A DNA stretch of 64,000 nucleotides. It comes from Bacteroidales bacterium (lineage in GTDB: Bacteria > Bacteroidota > Bacteroidia > Bacteroidales > UBA4417). Location: the NCBI GenBank assembly GCA_038322655.1, contig JBBQGD010000001.1:7871-71870 (forward strand), given 5' to 3'. Shown piece after piece: positions 63,929 through 64,000 of this stretch (position 1 is its first letter; each line of letters opens with the position of its first letter). A program made the translations under genes and the position numbers. Under the pieces are notes generated by a model. The model was not told where the DNA came from, made no database searches, and saw nothing but the letters and a program-made list of their open reading frames with translations.

Positions 63929-64000
63929 CTGACACAGATCATAGTTTTAATAAATGATTAATATTGAAGAAGAGTACAATGGCAAACCAAACCAACGCAA

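Noticed and set aside
63979-64000. ATG followed by MANQTNA at the window edge, possibly the start of the next gene
   Set aside because: Only seven codons are visible, so it cannot be evaluated.
1-64000. Search by eye for tRNA (GGTTCGAATCC-type T-arms), rRNA, RNase P/SRP/tmRNA cores, CRISPR repeat-spacer periodicity, transposase/integrase genes and long terminal inverted repeats
   Set aside because: Nothing matching these was seen. The large intergenic regions lack regular repeat periodicity, and every long ORF is accounted for by the genes listed.

Overview
This is 64 kb of a Bacteroidota-like chromosome. The evidence for that placement is diderm envelope genes, an S46 peptidase, a Y_Y_Y/propeller sensor kinase, and TAnnTTTG -7 promoter boxes. 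I call 27 protein-coding genes. I found no rRNA, tRNA, CRISPR array, transposase or integrase. Ordinary content is a 5'-truncated GH3 beta-glucosidase, methylmalonyl-CoA mutase mutA/mutB, a TIGR01777 epimerase, an S46 dipeptidyl-peptidase (DPP11-like), RidA, an envelope cluster (LptD-like, SPOR amidase, MlaD-like, OstA-like), a DUF255 thioredoxin-fold protein, a ClC channel with a CBS pair, exonuclease III and an OmpA-family lipoprotein. Two things stand out. (i) Twelve sensor histidine kinases occupy about 34 of the 64 kb. They include an uninterrupted 22.2-kb run of seven kinase genes (39060-61282) with no output-domain response regulator or Hpt protein visible. These kinases are built from shuffled PAS/GAF cassettes and include a tandem triplet with near-identical DHp-CA-REC cores. 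(ii) An apparently intact gatE-gatD pair of the archaeal GatDE type sits between outer-membrane biogenesis genes. All calls come from reading the supplied translations and the nucleotides by eye. No database search or computation was possible, so family assignments are recollection-based and the novelty claims need searches.
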